A stretch of 64,000 nucleotides of DNA, taken from contig NC_043023.1 in the NCBI RefSeq assembly GCF_006345805.1, forward strand, positions 1,178,001 through 1,242,000, in the 5' to 3' direction. Position numbers and translations under genes: made by a program. The DNA comes from Octopus sinensis (lineage: Eukaryota). Positions within the stretch are counted from its first letter, which is position 1, and every line of letters starts with the position of its first letter. Of the stretch, positions 11,856 to 24,289 are shown in pieces. Under the pieces are notes generated by a model. The model was not told the origin of the DNA. It was given only the letters and a program-made list of their open reading frames with translations, and searched no databases.

Positions 11856-12240
11856 AGGTGCAGGAGTGGCTGTGTGGTAAGTAGGTTGCTTACCAACCAC
11901 ATGGTTCTGGGTTCAGTCCCACTGCGTGGCGCCTTGGACAAGTGTCTTCTACTATAGCCTTGGGCTGACCAAAGCTTAGTCAATAGATTTGGTAGACGGA
12001 AACTGAAAGAAGCCCGTCGTATACATATATATATGTTTGTGTGTCTGTATTTGTCCCCCTAACATCACTTGACAACTGATGCTGGTGTGTTTACGTTCCC
12101 ATCACCTAGTGGTTTGGCAAGAGAGACTGATAGAATAAGTACTAGGCTCACAAAGAATAAGTCTTGGGGTCGATTTGCTCGACTAAGGCGGTGCTCCAGC
12201 ATGGCCACAGTCAAATGACTGAAACAAATAAAAGAAAAAG
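11856..12240 (+). mobile_element. SINE family A, full length
   Basis: Collinear with the consensus. Confidence 0.9.
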
Positions 12241-12884
12241 AAAAAAAGAAATACATGTGTATCTGTTTCCATGTCTGCGTGTATTTATTGAAGCAGCTTC
12301 TTTATGTTATGTCTCTACTTAGCTGTTCAACAAATGAAGATCAATTAAATACAGAGCAGAATGAAATTAGAAACTCAAACCATTGAGCACGGTGCTCCAG
12401 CATGACCTCAGTCAAAGGGGTAGAACATTCCCCACCTTCTACCACCAGTAAATGAATGAAAGAATGTTTAAAATGAGGAAGGAGACAGACTGGAGTGAGG
12501 AAAGATGTAAGAGCAACAAAAAGGGCAAAAGAAAAGCAGAAAAAAAGAAAAAGAAAGCAATAATATGCAGAAAAAAAAACATGAAGAATTTTCTTGAATT
12601 CAGGGAAACAAATACTGGCAAGTTATAAATTTTGGCGGCAAGCAGAAGGTTTGACCATTGGTTCCACCCTTTACCCTCCTGTTGTCTACTGATTGTGCGA
12701 TTAAGTGGGCGTGTAATGGTAGTGATTAAGTGTTAGAGGCTTTGGTCTTTGGTAGAGGTGGTGCGGTGGTGGTCAGGTGGGGATTGTCTGTTCTTCTCAC
12801 GAGCTCTCTCTCTCTCTCTTTGTAAATCATGGATTATTTATCTCTGTCTCTCTGTCAGTTTCTCATTTTCTTTCTAGTTCTCTT

Positions 12885-12942
<58 letters not shown>

Positions 12943-13019
12943 GTCTCCCCTTCATGATTACGGTTGTCTAACTTCTGTTATTTTTTGTAAACATTGAATT
13001 TCAAATAAATATATCATTG

Positions 13020-13367
13020 TATGTGTGTATACACACATACACACACACATACTTATAAACACATATACAATACATACATACATACATATCTGTATATATG
13101 CACACACATATGCACATACATACAGAAAATACACACACTCACATATATATACATACACAGATTTATACAGGCATACATATATGTATACAATATACATACA
13201 TACATACATACATATGTGTTATATGTATATATATATATATTATATATATATATATATATATACACATTTATATTATACACATTTATATATATATACACAC
13301 ACATATATATACACACATTTATACATGCATAGATGTATACAGAGATATATATGTCAATATATATATG

Positions 13368-13405
<38 letters not shown>

Positions 13406-13485
13406 TATATACATGTATGTGCGAATGTATATATATATATATATAATGTATATATATATATGTATATATATACACAGCCACACAA
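13020..13485. repeat. (TA)n/(TACA)n microsatellite field
   Basis: Visible in sequence. Confidence 0.9.
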
Positions 13486-13919
13486 TGGTATCAACATATT
13501 TATCAGTGTATTTAGAGGGAAAAGAAGGAGGTAGGTCGGTGAGGAGCTTGGGGAGTGGGTAGAGGAAGGGCAACATGATAAACATCCACAAGCAGGGTAG
13601 GAGTGCTAGGCAAACACACACACACACACAAGAATACAAACACCACCACCACCACCACCATTACTACTCAGTCCACCCCCAATACATACATTGATATCAA
13701 GCAAACCAGACCCCAACCCTTATTACAGATACCCTAAACGAAATCTATAAATCAGCCCTTTGTCCCCCACTCGCACCCCTAACATCTTTTGGGGAGTTAG
13801 AGGGAGACAACAAGGGATCCTGTATGTGGTTGATTAATGTGCAAGAAATAGATGTTTAATTCCCTTCAAACCTTATCTAAAGAGGAAGAAGTCGTTGTTT
13901 GATATATTGAGGTAAAGAG

Positions 13920-14470
13920 ATAAGACAGGATGGTCAAGGTTGGAAGTATTTTGATTGGGACTGACAAGGGGTTAAGCAACAACAACAATTATAGTTACTG
14001 ATACTAGCTGTAGTACTATACAATAAATAATGTAGTCCTAGGTACGTTATATATAGATATAAGATGGGATGGTCACAGGTGGAACGTCTTTGATCAGAGG
14101 TCTGCAGAATCGGGATTGGACTGGGGTTAAATAACAACTACAGCCACTAATACTGATTACTGTACTATGCATTAGATTATGTAGTCCTAGATACACTATG
14201 CCTGAATAAAAGATGGGACTGTCATGGCTAGAACGTCTTTGATTATAGGTCTGCTGGATTAGGGCTGATCTAGAGCTAAACAGCAACTGAATGAAAATAC
14301 ATGCTAGAAATAGCAGCTATATCCCATTTACAATCATTCTCTACCTTATTTTAAGACAAGAATACCAGAAAATGCAGTCCTTTAATAGAATACATAACAA
14401 GGTTTGATGGTCATGGTTGGACCGTCTTAGATATGCTGACAGGGTTAAGCAATCACTAAAGTAACTATGA
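13920..14470 (+). repeat. Diverged tandem copies (~150 bp) of the TAATGTAGTCCTAGATACACTATG...GATGGGATGGTCA...GGGGCTAAACAACAAC unit
   Basis: Unit seen near 14028 and 14178 with partial flanking copies; same unit at 55915-56025 and 57565-57835. Confidence 0.75.
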
Positions 14471-14499
14471 TGGAAGCTACTACTCGCATCATCACCACG

Positions 14500-14940
14500 A
14501 TGAACAACCACCACCACCTCAACCATTCAACTACTACCATTACCACTACTATCACTACTACCACCACCACCTCCTCCACTACAACCATTCCACTACTACC
14601 ACCACCATCAGCATTACTGTGACAACTACTACTACATTAACCAACACTACCTCTGCCACCACAACAACCACCACCACCACCTCAACCATTCCACTACTAC
14701 CATCACCGTCAGCATTTTTGTGACAATTACTACTACATTAACCAACACTACCTCTGCCACCACAACCACCACCAACACCGCCACTACAACCATTCCACTA
14801 CTACCATCACCACTACTATCACTACTACTACCACCGTCAGCATTACTGTAACAGTTACCACTACATTAACCAACACTACCTCAGCCACCACAACCACCAC
14901 CCCCACCACCACCAGTACTACAGTTACCAACACTACCACT
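14500..14940. repeat. (CAC/CTA) trinucleotide-derived minisatellite
   Basis: Recurrent CTACATTAACCAACACTACCTCTGCCACCACAAC block, three times. Confidence 0.85.
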
Positions 14941-15679
14941 GAAACAATGGATCTATTCCATCTCAATCACAGATTTTTTAATTAATCTTTTTTAATGAAA
15001 CAGTTTTGAAATTTTGAATACTGGTAGAATTTCTCATATAGAACATGGTTTACTCTGAACATTTTTGACGAAATTTTGTATTTTAGAAGTTATTGTTTGT
15101 TAAAGTGTAATTTCAATCAATCAACAATGTGTATTCAGTAGAAAAAAACTACTGCTGTTTGTGATAGTAATCGAAGAAGAACAATTTCCAGGTCATCTCT
15201 ACTAAATGTCACCAATCTGTTCAATTCTTATGGTGAGTGAAGACAATGCCATCTTTATCCTTTTTTCCTTTCTAGTCAGCACCATGCATTCCTTACTCTT
15301 TCCCTCCCTTCTACACTATCAACTAGCAACCAGCGTGCAAACTTGTCACTGCCACTACAATTACTGTATTTTCCGGTGTAGAAGCTGCTATTTGTTTTGT
15401 TGTACCTTCAAGTTTTGATAATGTTATTTTTTTTATCTAATAAAGACTTTTATATTGACGAAATGTGTTTGTTGTTGATTATAGTAAAATAAAATTATGA
15501 CAATAACAACACATCTCATAGTTGTAAAATAAGGCATTTTGAAACTACTATAATGCGTCAACAACATGTGTTAGCAGTTCGGCTTACAAAGAATAAGTCC
15601 TGGGGTCGATTTGTTTGAGTGAAAGCGGTGCTCCAGCATGGCCGCAGTCAAATTATTGAAATGAGTGTAAAAGAATATA

Positions 15680-16085
15680 CATCATCATCATTTAATGTCT
15701 GTTTTCCATGCTGGCATGGGTTAGACAGTTTGACCAGAGCTCGTAAGTCCAGGGGCCACACCAGTCTCCACTGTCTCTTCTGTCATGGTTTCCATGACTG
15801 GACACCCTTCCTAATACCAACCATTCCACAGAATGTACAGGGTACTTTTAAACGTGACACCAGGAAAAGTGCTTTTTAGGTGTACTAGAACTGGTATCAA
15901 TTCTGCTATGCCCCAGATATCTCAGTCCTTAGTCATCTCCTTCATAATGTTCAGTGTCCTGAGATGTGCTTTCAATACTTCCTTCCATGTCTTCCTGGGT
16001 CCCCTTCTTCCACTTGTTCCATCCACTTCAAGTGACCAGCACTTCTCTATGCAACTGTCTACATCTATACACATCCTCATTTAAT
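15680..16085 (-). mobile_element. RTE (BovB-like) LINE 3' end
   Basis: Minus strand translates DSCIEKCWSLEVDGTSGRRGPRKTWKEVLKAHLRTLNIMKEMTKD*DIW, followed by the RTE-type UTR and a (GAT)n tail. Confidence 0.8.
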
Positions 16086-16227
16086 GTCTGATTTGGCAGT
16101 TTCACCAGGGCTTGTAAGCCAGATGGCTGCATCAAACTCCAGTCTGATTTGGCATGGTTTCTATGGCTAGATAACCAGTGCAGTCTTCTCTCTTGGACAC
16201 TGTATCAGATTCCACTTCTGTCCAACT

Positions 16228-16441
16228 CTTTTACTTGTTTCAGTCATTTGACTGTGGCCATGCTGGATCAGTGCCTTTAGTCGAGCAAATCAACCCCAGG
16301 ACTTATTCTTTATAAGCCTAGTACTTATTCTATCGGTCTCTTTTGCCGAAGTGCTAAGTTACAGGGACATAAACACACCAGCATCGGTTGTCAAGCGATG
16401 TTGGGAAGACAACACTGACACACAAACATATACATACATAT

Positions 16442-16484
<43 letters not shown>

Positions 16485-16663
16485 TATATATATACATATA
16501 TTCGACGGGCTTCTTTCAGTTTCCGTCTACTAATCCACTCACAAGGCTTTGGTCAGCATGAGGCTATAGTAGAAGACACTTGCCCAAGGTGCCATGCAGT
16601 GGGGCTGAACCCGGACCATGTGGTTCGTAAGCAAGCTACTTACCATACAGCCACTCCTATGCC
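16228..16663 (-). mobile_element. SINE family A, full length
   Basis: Reverse complement of the consensus. Confidence 0.9.
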
Positions 16664-16806
16664 AATATTCATATATTCCCACTTAAACATGGAGGTTCAA
16701 TTCAAACAAACTATATTGTGGTAGCTACCCTAAGAGAAACTCTCACATTGGATTTCTGGAGCACAAATTCCTCTCCTGTTTATTTTGCTAGTGGAAAGAC
16801 AAAAGT

Positions 16807-17140
16807 GAAGACGCATGGGTCAGTGGTTAGAGCATCGAGATTACAATCGTGAGGTGGTTAGTTCGACTCCCAGACCAGGCTGTGTGTTGTGTTCTTGAGC
16901 AAGACACTTTATTTCATGTTGCTTCAGTTCACTCAGCTGTAGAAATGAGTTACGACGTCACAGGTGCCAAACTGTATTGGCCCCTTTGCCTTTCCTTTGG
17001 ATAACATCAGTGATGTGGAGAGGTGAGGCCTCTATGCATGGGTGACTGCTGGTCTTCCATAAACAACCTTGCCTGGACTTGTACCTCAGAGGGTAACATT
17101 CTAGGTGCAATCCTATGGTCACTCATGACCGAAAGGGGTC
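16807..17140 (+). mobile_element. tRNA-derived SINE family D (CORE-like)
   Basis: A box GGGTCAGTGGTTAGAG, B box AGTTCGACTCC, CORE-like CTTGAGCAAGACACTTTA; fragments in reverse at ~29380-29490 and 41640-41810. Confidence 0.8.
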
Positions 17141-17457
17141 ACAAAAAAAAAGGGGGAGGCAAATCCTTGCCATCTCCAATGCCAAGACTACCAGATTATG
17201 TGATTTCAACCTTCCTTCGTTTTGTCAACGATGGACACTTGACTGGTAGAGACAGGAGCAATACATCTTTCAGCCAGCAATATATAGATTGACAGTGCCA
17301 GAACAGGTGCTGATGTTGCGATTAGCCAGTGAGCTTGTTAAAAAATATATATAAACAAAAGAGGGAATATTAATACCGAGGGGTCACATTTATCCCCACC
17401 TAAACATGGATGCTCTTTTAGAACAAACTTTACCATGAGAGAGCAGTTGTATACTGT

Positions 17458-17940
17458 TCATCATCATCATTGTTCAACCGTGGTCGAGACAATGGAATTT
17501 ACCATGTTGCGCCAGACTTCACGGTCCATCATAGCATTACGGAGGTCCTGTTGCTGGATGCCTGTATCCCTGGAGATTACATCAGGGTAGGAGAGTGTGC
17601 GCCCTCTGGTATTGCGAGTAGAGGGCTTCCAGAGGAGAAGAGTAGAAATTACCGGTACCTCTTTTTCAGCTCTACAACAATGTCCAGCAAACTGGACTCT
17701 CCTACCTTTCACAAGAGAGTGATACAGGTGGTAATTTCCCATATATTTGCATTTTAGTTGGATGGCGCCTCCACGAGAGATTTTGAGCTCTCATAAGGAG
17801 GCGAGTGTAGGTTCCATCCAACCGCCTCTCAAGCTTCTTTGATAACGTCCAGGTTTCTGAGCCATATAGTAGAATTGGTTCGACTGTGGCTTTGAAGATT
17901 TCAAGTTTGAAGTCTCTACTTAGATTTGATGACCAGATAC
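17458..17940 (-). mobile_element. RTE-clade LINE 3' segment with (TGA)n tail
   Basis: Translates IWSSNLSRDFKLEIFKATVEPILLYGSETWTL...QFAGHCCR...LLLWKP...DREVWR; tail at 17458-17469. Confidence 0.92.
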
Positions 17941-18152
17941 AAGATGTTTGAAATCCTTAAGCTCTATGGGATACCAGACAAAATCATGGGATACCAGACA
18001 AAATCATTTCTGCCATCAAGGTCCTCTACACAGATACGTCTTCAACCATCTTAACCCCTGATGGAGAAACATCATCTTTCTCAATCAAAGCCGGAATACT
18101 GCAGGGAGACACACTCGCCCCATTTCTTTTCATCATTGTTGTTGATTATGTA
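17941..18152 (+). mobile_element. Inverted RT segment of the same RTE insertion
   Basis: Translates KMFEILKLYGIPDKI...LYTDTSSTILTPDGETSSFSIKAGILQGDTLAPFLFIIVVDYV (RT QG motif); contains a 20-bp tandem duplication. Confidence 0.92.
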
Positions 18153-18305
18153 TACTGTCAACTTAACGTGACAGTCCCATAAAGGGAATCACACCACTGC
18201 TATTTAGCCCTAGGAAGCATCAACGCTTCCTGTTGGCCTTGACACATTTCCTGTGTCCTTATGTTTACAAAGGGGAGACAAGCATCCCCAACAGCTAAGC
18301 CTACA

Positions 18306-18348
18306 TCCAGAGACTAGTTTCTGAGCCTTTGCTTGTCATCAGTCTGGA
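18306..18348 (-). ncRNA. Minimal Penelope-type hammerhead ribozyme
   Basis: tccaga CTGATGA c-aagc-aaag-gctc-a GAAA CTAG TC tctgga: perfect 6-bp stem I, palindromic ACTAGT loop III, GUC cleavage site. Confidence 0.75.
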
Positions 18349-18982
18349 GTAGCATGGCCTGCTAGCTGAAGATACCTGTCTAGACTTTGTAAACATATAT
18401 ATATATATATATATAATTTCAGTGAAGTAAATTCACTGATCACCAAAAATAGAAATATTAAATTTCTAAATATCTCAGAGAGATATAAGCAGTGGTGGAA
18501 ATGTGTCAAGGCCGACAGGAAGCGTCGATGCTTCCTAGGGCTAAATAGCGGTGGTGTAATTCCCTCTATGGGACTGTCACATTAAGTTAACAGTATACAA
18601 CTGCTCTATCATTCCACCACTACATAAATCTCTCTGAGATATTTAGAAATTTAATATTTCGATTTACCATGAGAGAAACTCTGACATTGGCATTTGGTGT
18701 AAAATGCATTCTTGTTTACATTGTTAGCGGGGAGATGACTCCCTGCAAACTCCAGTGCTGAGACCACCAAATCACATAATTTCGGCTTTGTTTGGTTTTG
18801 TCAGTGATGGACATTGGCTGCTTGAGATAGCAGTGGTTTATCTCCTTACCAGCAATATATAGACTGGTAGTGTCAGAAGAGGCACGGGTGCCATCATTAG
18901 CCACGGAGCTTGTTAAAAAATATATATTAGCAAAAGAGCGAATATTAATACTGAGAGGTAATATTTATTTCTAGTTAAACTG

Positions 18983-19085
18983 CATGGCACCTTGGGCAAG
19001 TGTCTTCTACTATAGCTTTGGGCCGACCAAAGCCTTGTGAGTGGATTTGGTAGACAGAAACTGAAAGAAGCCCATCATATATATG

Positions 19086-19120
<35 letters not shown>

Positions 19121-19315
19121 TTGTGTTTGTCCCCCCAAAATCGTTTGACAACTGATGCTGGTGTGTTTACGTCCCCATAACTTAGCAGTTCGACAAAAGA
19201 GACTGATAGAATAAGTACTAGGCTTCCAAAGAATAAGTCCTGGGGCCGATTTGCTCGACTAAAGGTGGTGCTCCAGCATGGGCACAATCAAATAACTGAA
19301 ACAAGTAAAAGAGTA
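18983..19315 (+). mobile_element. SINE family A, 5'-truncated
   Basis: Starts at TGCATGGCACCTTGGGCAAG and runs to the tail. Confidence 0.85.
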
Positions 19316-20041
19316 AGCATGGATGTTCTGTTAGAACAAACTATACTGTGGTAGATACCACGAGAGAAACTCTCATACTGGCTTTTCGTGCAAAATACAC
19401 TCTAGTTTATATTGCTAGCAGGGGAGATATATCCCCACCATCTCCAGCACTGAGACCACCAGATCATGGGATTTTGACTTACCTTGGTCTTGCCAACGAT
19501 GGACACTTGAGCGCTAGAGACAGCAGCTACTCATCTCCCCATTAGCAATATATAGAAAAACAGTGCTAGAACATGTGCTGCTGTAATGATTAGCCAGTGA
19601 GCTTGCTAAAAAATATGAGTGATAACGGTAGGATTAATATTGAAAGGTAATACCTATGCCCACTTAAGCATTTCATAGATACCATTTAATTCATTTGCTG
19701 GCCTCCATGTAACAATGTAAGCAACTAATAGTTAATAGGACCAGAAGATAAGCTAAGCTAGTTCTGTGTGTGTTATAAATTATGTAAAATGCATTGCTTT
19801 GCTTTGAAACAGTTGTAGTTTGCGTTTTACCTGTTCCATTCCTTAGTTTCTTGGATTTTCATTTGCATTTTTAGCAACTTTACTCATTTAACTATTGCAT
19901 AGTGACTTTCAGCTTATTGAAATCGGTTGGGAGATCCATGATCAAAAGATTAAGGAAATCCGTAATAAAAGATAGAGTCAGTAAACATTGTTGAAATATA
20001 TATGTGTGTATGTATTATGTGTGTGTGTATATTATTGTATT

Positions 20042-20420
20042 CTTTTACTTGTTTCAGTCATTTGACTACAGCCATGCTGGAGCACTGTCTTTAGTTGAAC
20101 CAACTGACCCCAGGACTTATTTTTTGTAAGCCTAGTACTTATTCTATTAGTCTATTTTGCTGGACTGCTAAGTTATGGAGGCGTAAACACCAACATTGGC
20201 TGTCAAGCGATGTTGGGGAGAGAAACACACACATACAAATGCACACACACACATATATATGATGGGCTTCTTTCAGTTTCCATCTACCAAATCTACTCAC
20301 AAGGCTTTGGCCAGCCCAAGGCTATAGTAGAGGACACTTGCCCAAGGTGCTACACAATGAGACTGAACCCAGAACTATGTGGTTGGGAAACAAGCTTCTT
20401 ACCACACTGCCACGTCAGCA
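20042..20420 (-). mobile_element. SINE family A
   Basis: Reverse complement of the consensus. Confidence 0.85.
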
Positions 20421-20436
20421 CCTATACTCTTTTACC

Positions 20437-20822
20437 CTTTTACTTGTTTCAATCATGTGATTGTGGCCATGCTGGAGCACCGCTTTTAGTCGAGCAAACT
20501 GACCCCAGGACTTATTCTTTGTAAGCCTAGTACTTATTCTATCGGTCTCTTTTGCCAAACCGCTAAGTGACGGGGACGTAAACACACCAGAATCGGTTGT
20601 CAAGCGATGTTGGGGGGGGGACAAACACAGACACACACATACATATATACATATATATGACGGGCTTCTTTCAGTTTCCGTCTACCAAATCCACTCACAA
20701 AGCTTTGGTTGGCCCGAGGCTATAGAAGAAGACATTTACCCAAATTGCCACGCAGTGGGACTGAACCAAGAACCATGTGGTTGGTAAGCAAGCTACTTAC
20801 CACACAGCCACTCCTACACCTA
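20437..20822 (-). mobile_element. SINE family A, tandem to the previous copy
   Basis: Reverse complement of the consensus. Confidence 0.9.
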
Positions 20823-21309
20823 TATGTATATACTTTATTCAACTCAGCTTTATGCAATGCTATTTAATTCATTTCAGCTTGAATAAAACCCTATATACAC
20901 CAGCAACTTCACTGATCTTACATATCAGAACTATCATTGTGACAAGGCAGTAAACAATGAATTTGGTGTTACTGACTGATGATGTGCAATTATGCAGAAA
21001 TGCATGCATCTTACAACCCAGCAGAAACAGCTGCCAAATCTCCCTCAGATCACACCTCATTTACTGTTTTATGTTTGGGAACAAAATGGGAGGGATGGTC
21101 ATGGATGGAATGTGGTTGATGATAGGTTTGCATGATGCAAGGTAAACCTAGGTGGGTTGGGTATGTCTAACCACTAAGCAGTAACATGCGCATGGGGGGT
21201 AGCAGGCACCGGGGGTGTGTGTGAGAAACCCCTTAATTATTATCACTCTACAACCCCCACCACAACACTCCAACAGCTTTACCCATCTACTTCAGAGACA
21301 CCTTGTCTC

Positions 21310-21885
21310 ATAAACGTAACACCACCTTAATACTACTACCACTACTACAATTACTAAAACTACTACTACTACAACTACTAATACAACAAATACAGTTACT
21401 ACTACTACAATTACTATTACTACTACTACTATAATTGCTACTACAACAAATACTACAAGCACTACTGCAACTACTACTGCTGCTACTACTACTACTACGA
21501 TCACTACTGCAGTTACTACTACTATAATTGCTACTACAGCTACTACTACTACAATAACTGCTACTGCAACTGCTGCTGCTACTATTATCACTACAACTAC
21601 TACTACTACTACTGCCACCACAACTTCTGCTACTACCACCCCTACTACTACTACTACAAATCCTACTGCTTCTATAATTGTTACTACCACCGTAACTGCT
21701 ACTACAACTCTCACTCCAGCATCATGCCTACACCCACTGCCACCACCACCACCACCACCACCACCACCACCACTACCACCACCACTACTACCACCACCAC
21801 CACCACCACCACCACAACTACTACTACTACCACCACCACCACCACAACTACTACTACTACTACTACTACTACTACCGCCACCACT
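21310..21885. repeat. (CTA)n/(CAC)n trinucleotide array
   Basis: Visible in sequence. Confidence 0.95.
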
Positions 21886-22239
21886 TCAGTCAATGTCCCT
21901 TTCCTGACCCAACACAAGTCCATCTTGTTATCCCCCAAAGATGTACAACTGTACACAACACTATCTCTCTGCTCCCCCACCCCCACCACCAGCTCCCTAC
22001 TGTATCAGATTCACCCCCGCCCCCCTGCTTACTATGTCTCCTTTCCGTGCCCTCCCCCCCATATTTTGAGTCCCCACTTAATCTATCACCCCCATCACCT
22101 CCTCAAACCACACCTCACTGCTAGTCCCAAAGCTCTCTCTCTCTCCCCCCCCACTGAATAATTTCACCACCACCACCACCACCACTACACAACAACAACA
22201 ACAACAACAGCAGCGACAAGAACATCAGATCTAATTCAA

Positions 22240-22870
22240 ATCATAGACACAAACTAAACTCACATAGATACACACACAGACCACACACACACATATATAT
22301 ATATATATACCAACACACACACACACATACAAATACATACACACACTCATACAAACAGACACATACACACACAAACACACACACACAAGCACACATATAA
22401 ATATAGATATACACACACACATATATATATATACCAACACATATGCATACAAATACATACACACACACAAACAGACACATACATATACAAACACACACAC
22501 ACATGCATACTAACATACACACACACACAAACACACACATATAAACATAGATACACACACGCATATATATACCAACACACACATACATACACACATACAA
22601 AGACACATACACACACATACTCAAGGATATACAAACACACAGACATGCATACTAACATACACACATACACACAAGCACACACATATATATACCAACACAC
22701 ACATACAAATACAAACACACACACACATGTATACTAACACGCACACACATATAAACACACATACACATACTAATACATACATACACATACCAACACACAC
22801 ACATACAAACACACACACACACACATATATAAAGAGACACATATGCATGTACACTTGTACACATATGGAA
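22240..22870. repeat. (CA)n-derived degenerate microsatellite
   Basis: Visible in sequence. Confidence 0.9.
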
Positions 22871-23159
22871 AATTCTAATCCGATCACTCCCCCCTCGCCC
22901 GACCACCCCCCCCCCAGCATCCCACTGTCTCATCCCCCCCCCGGACCCCCTCCTCCCCACTCCTCGAGGGTTGTCAAGATCTCAATTATGATGAAACCAC
23001 AAGACATATGGGGCTAAAATTAAGACATATTGTCTTTATACTTACACCACCACACCTCCCACTGCTACTCCTTGCCTCCCCCCTACTGGGTTGCCCCTTA
23101 AGGACCCCCTCCACCACCACCACCACCAATACAACTGTAACTCAGCATTTAATGAACAA

Positions 23160-24040
23160 TGCTCTGTACGGCAGCTAGACCTGGCAGAGATAGCAGCAAG
23201 ATCTCCCTCAAATCATCAGCTACAGCTTTATGTATATATGTATGAGTCAATGAAGGAGATCTCTACCTGGTAGAAATAGCAGCTAAATCTCCCTCATATC
23301 ACACCCTACTCTCTTATCTATGTATATATGTATTATGAGCCAATGAGGGAGACCTCTACATGGCAGATAGAGCAGGTAGAAATAGCAGCCAAATCTCCCT
23401 CATATCACACCCTACTGTCTTATGTATGTATATATGTATGTATGAGCCAATGAGGGAGACCTCTACATGGCAGTTAGAACTGGTAGAAATAGTAGCGAAA
23501 TCTCCCTCAAATCACACCCTACTTTACTTATGTGCGTATAAGTATGTATGAGCCAATGTGGGAGACCCCTACATGGCAACTAGACCTGGTAGAAATAACA
23601 GCCAAATCTCCCTCAAATCACACCCTACTGTCTTGGAGACCTCTATATGGCAGTTAGAACTGGTAGAAATAGCAGCAAAATCTCCCTCAAATCACACACT
23701 ACTTATGTGTGTATATGTATGAGCCAATGTGGGAGACCTCTACATGGCAGTTAGACCTGGTAGAAATAGCAGCTAAATCTCCCTCAAATCACACCCAGCT
23801 TTACATATGAGTATATATGTATGTATGAGCCAATGTGGGAGACCTCTACATGGTAGCTTGACCTCGTAGGAATAGCAACCAAATCACCCCCAAATCACAC
23901 CCTACTGTCTTATGTATGTATATATGTATGTATGAGGCAATGAAGGAGACCTCTACATGTTAGCTAGAATTGGTAGGAATAGCAACCAAATCTCCCTCAA
24001 TGTATGAGCCAATGTATGAGCCAATGTGGGGGATCTTGTA
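23160..24040 (+). repeat. Tandem satellite, ~9 copies of a ~70-112-bp unit
   Basis: Unit GAGCCAATGAGGGAGACCTCTACATGGCAG.TAGA.CTGGTAGAAATAGCAGCCAAATCTCCCTCAAATCACACCCTAC plus a variable (TATG)n spacer. Confidence 0.9.
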
Positions 24041-24289
24041 AATAAATTAAATTACAACCATGTGGTTTTGGGTTCAGTCTCCAAGCATGGCACTATGAAC
24101 AAGAGTATTCCAATATATGTAAGGTGTAACTAATGAATACTTTTGCCTAAACATAAGAGGTGGTGGTCACTGCTGGAACATCTTTGGCCATGTGTCTGCT
24201 GGATCAGGACTGAGCTGTGGATTACCAAGAACTTCATCCATTCATACTAATGATTATATACAGATACATGATCGTTACCAGCATCGCCT

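Larger units (their letters stand above)
17443..18662. mobile_element. Penelope-like composite of inverted pseudo-LTR pieces hosting an RTE insertion
   Basis: ~18149-18251 is inverted at ~18496-18598; ~18455-18500 is inverted at ~18612-18660; hammerhead at 18306-18348; flanked by 14-bp direct repeat TTTACCATGAGAGA (17429-17442, 18663-18676). Confidence 0.7.
16670..19670. repeat. Ancient ~330-bp tandem triplication interrupted by later insertions
   Basis: Shared blocks AAACATGGA..TTCT..TAGAACAAACT, ACCA.GAGAGAAACTCT, GATGGACA, AGCAATATATAGA and ATTAGCCA.TGAGCTTG.TAAAAAATAT recur three times. Confidence 0.8.

Noticed and set aside
15140-15280. Plus-strand CAG acceptor and G|GTGAGT donor pair
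   Set aside because: Very short, no recognisable peptide, and the implied next intron is only ~44 nt
19483-19605. 123-nt minus-strand exon candidate with TTTTTTAG acceptor and AAG|GTAAGT donor
   Set aside because: Two frames contain stops, and the splice sites are not conserved in the other two copies of the tandem unit
23160-24040. Regular repeat-spacer look resembling a CRISPR array
   Set aside because: Eukaryotic satellite; the spacers are microsatellite variants rather than unique sequence, and there are no cas genes
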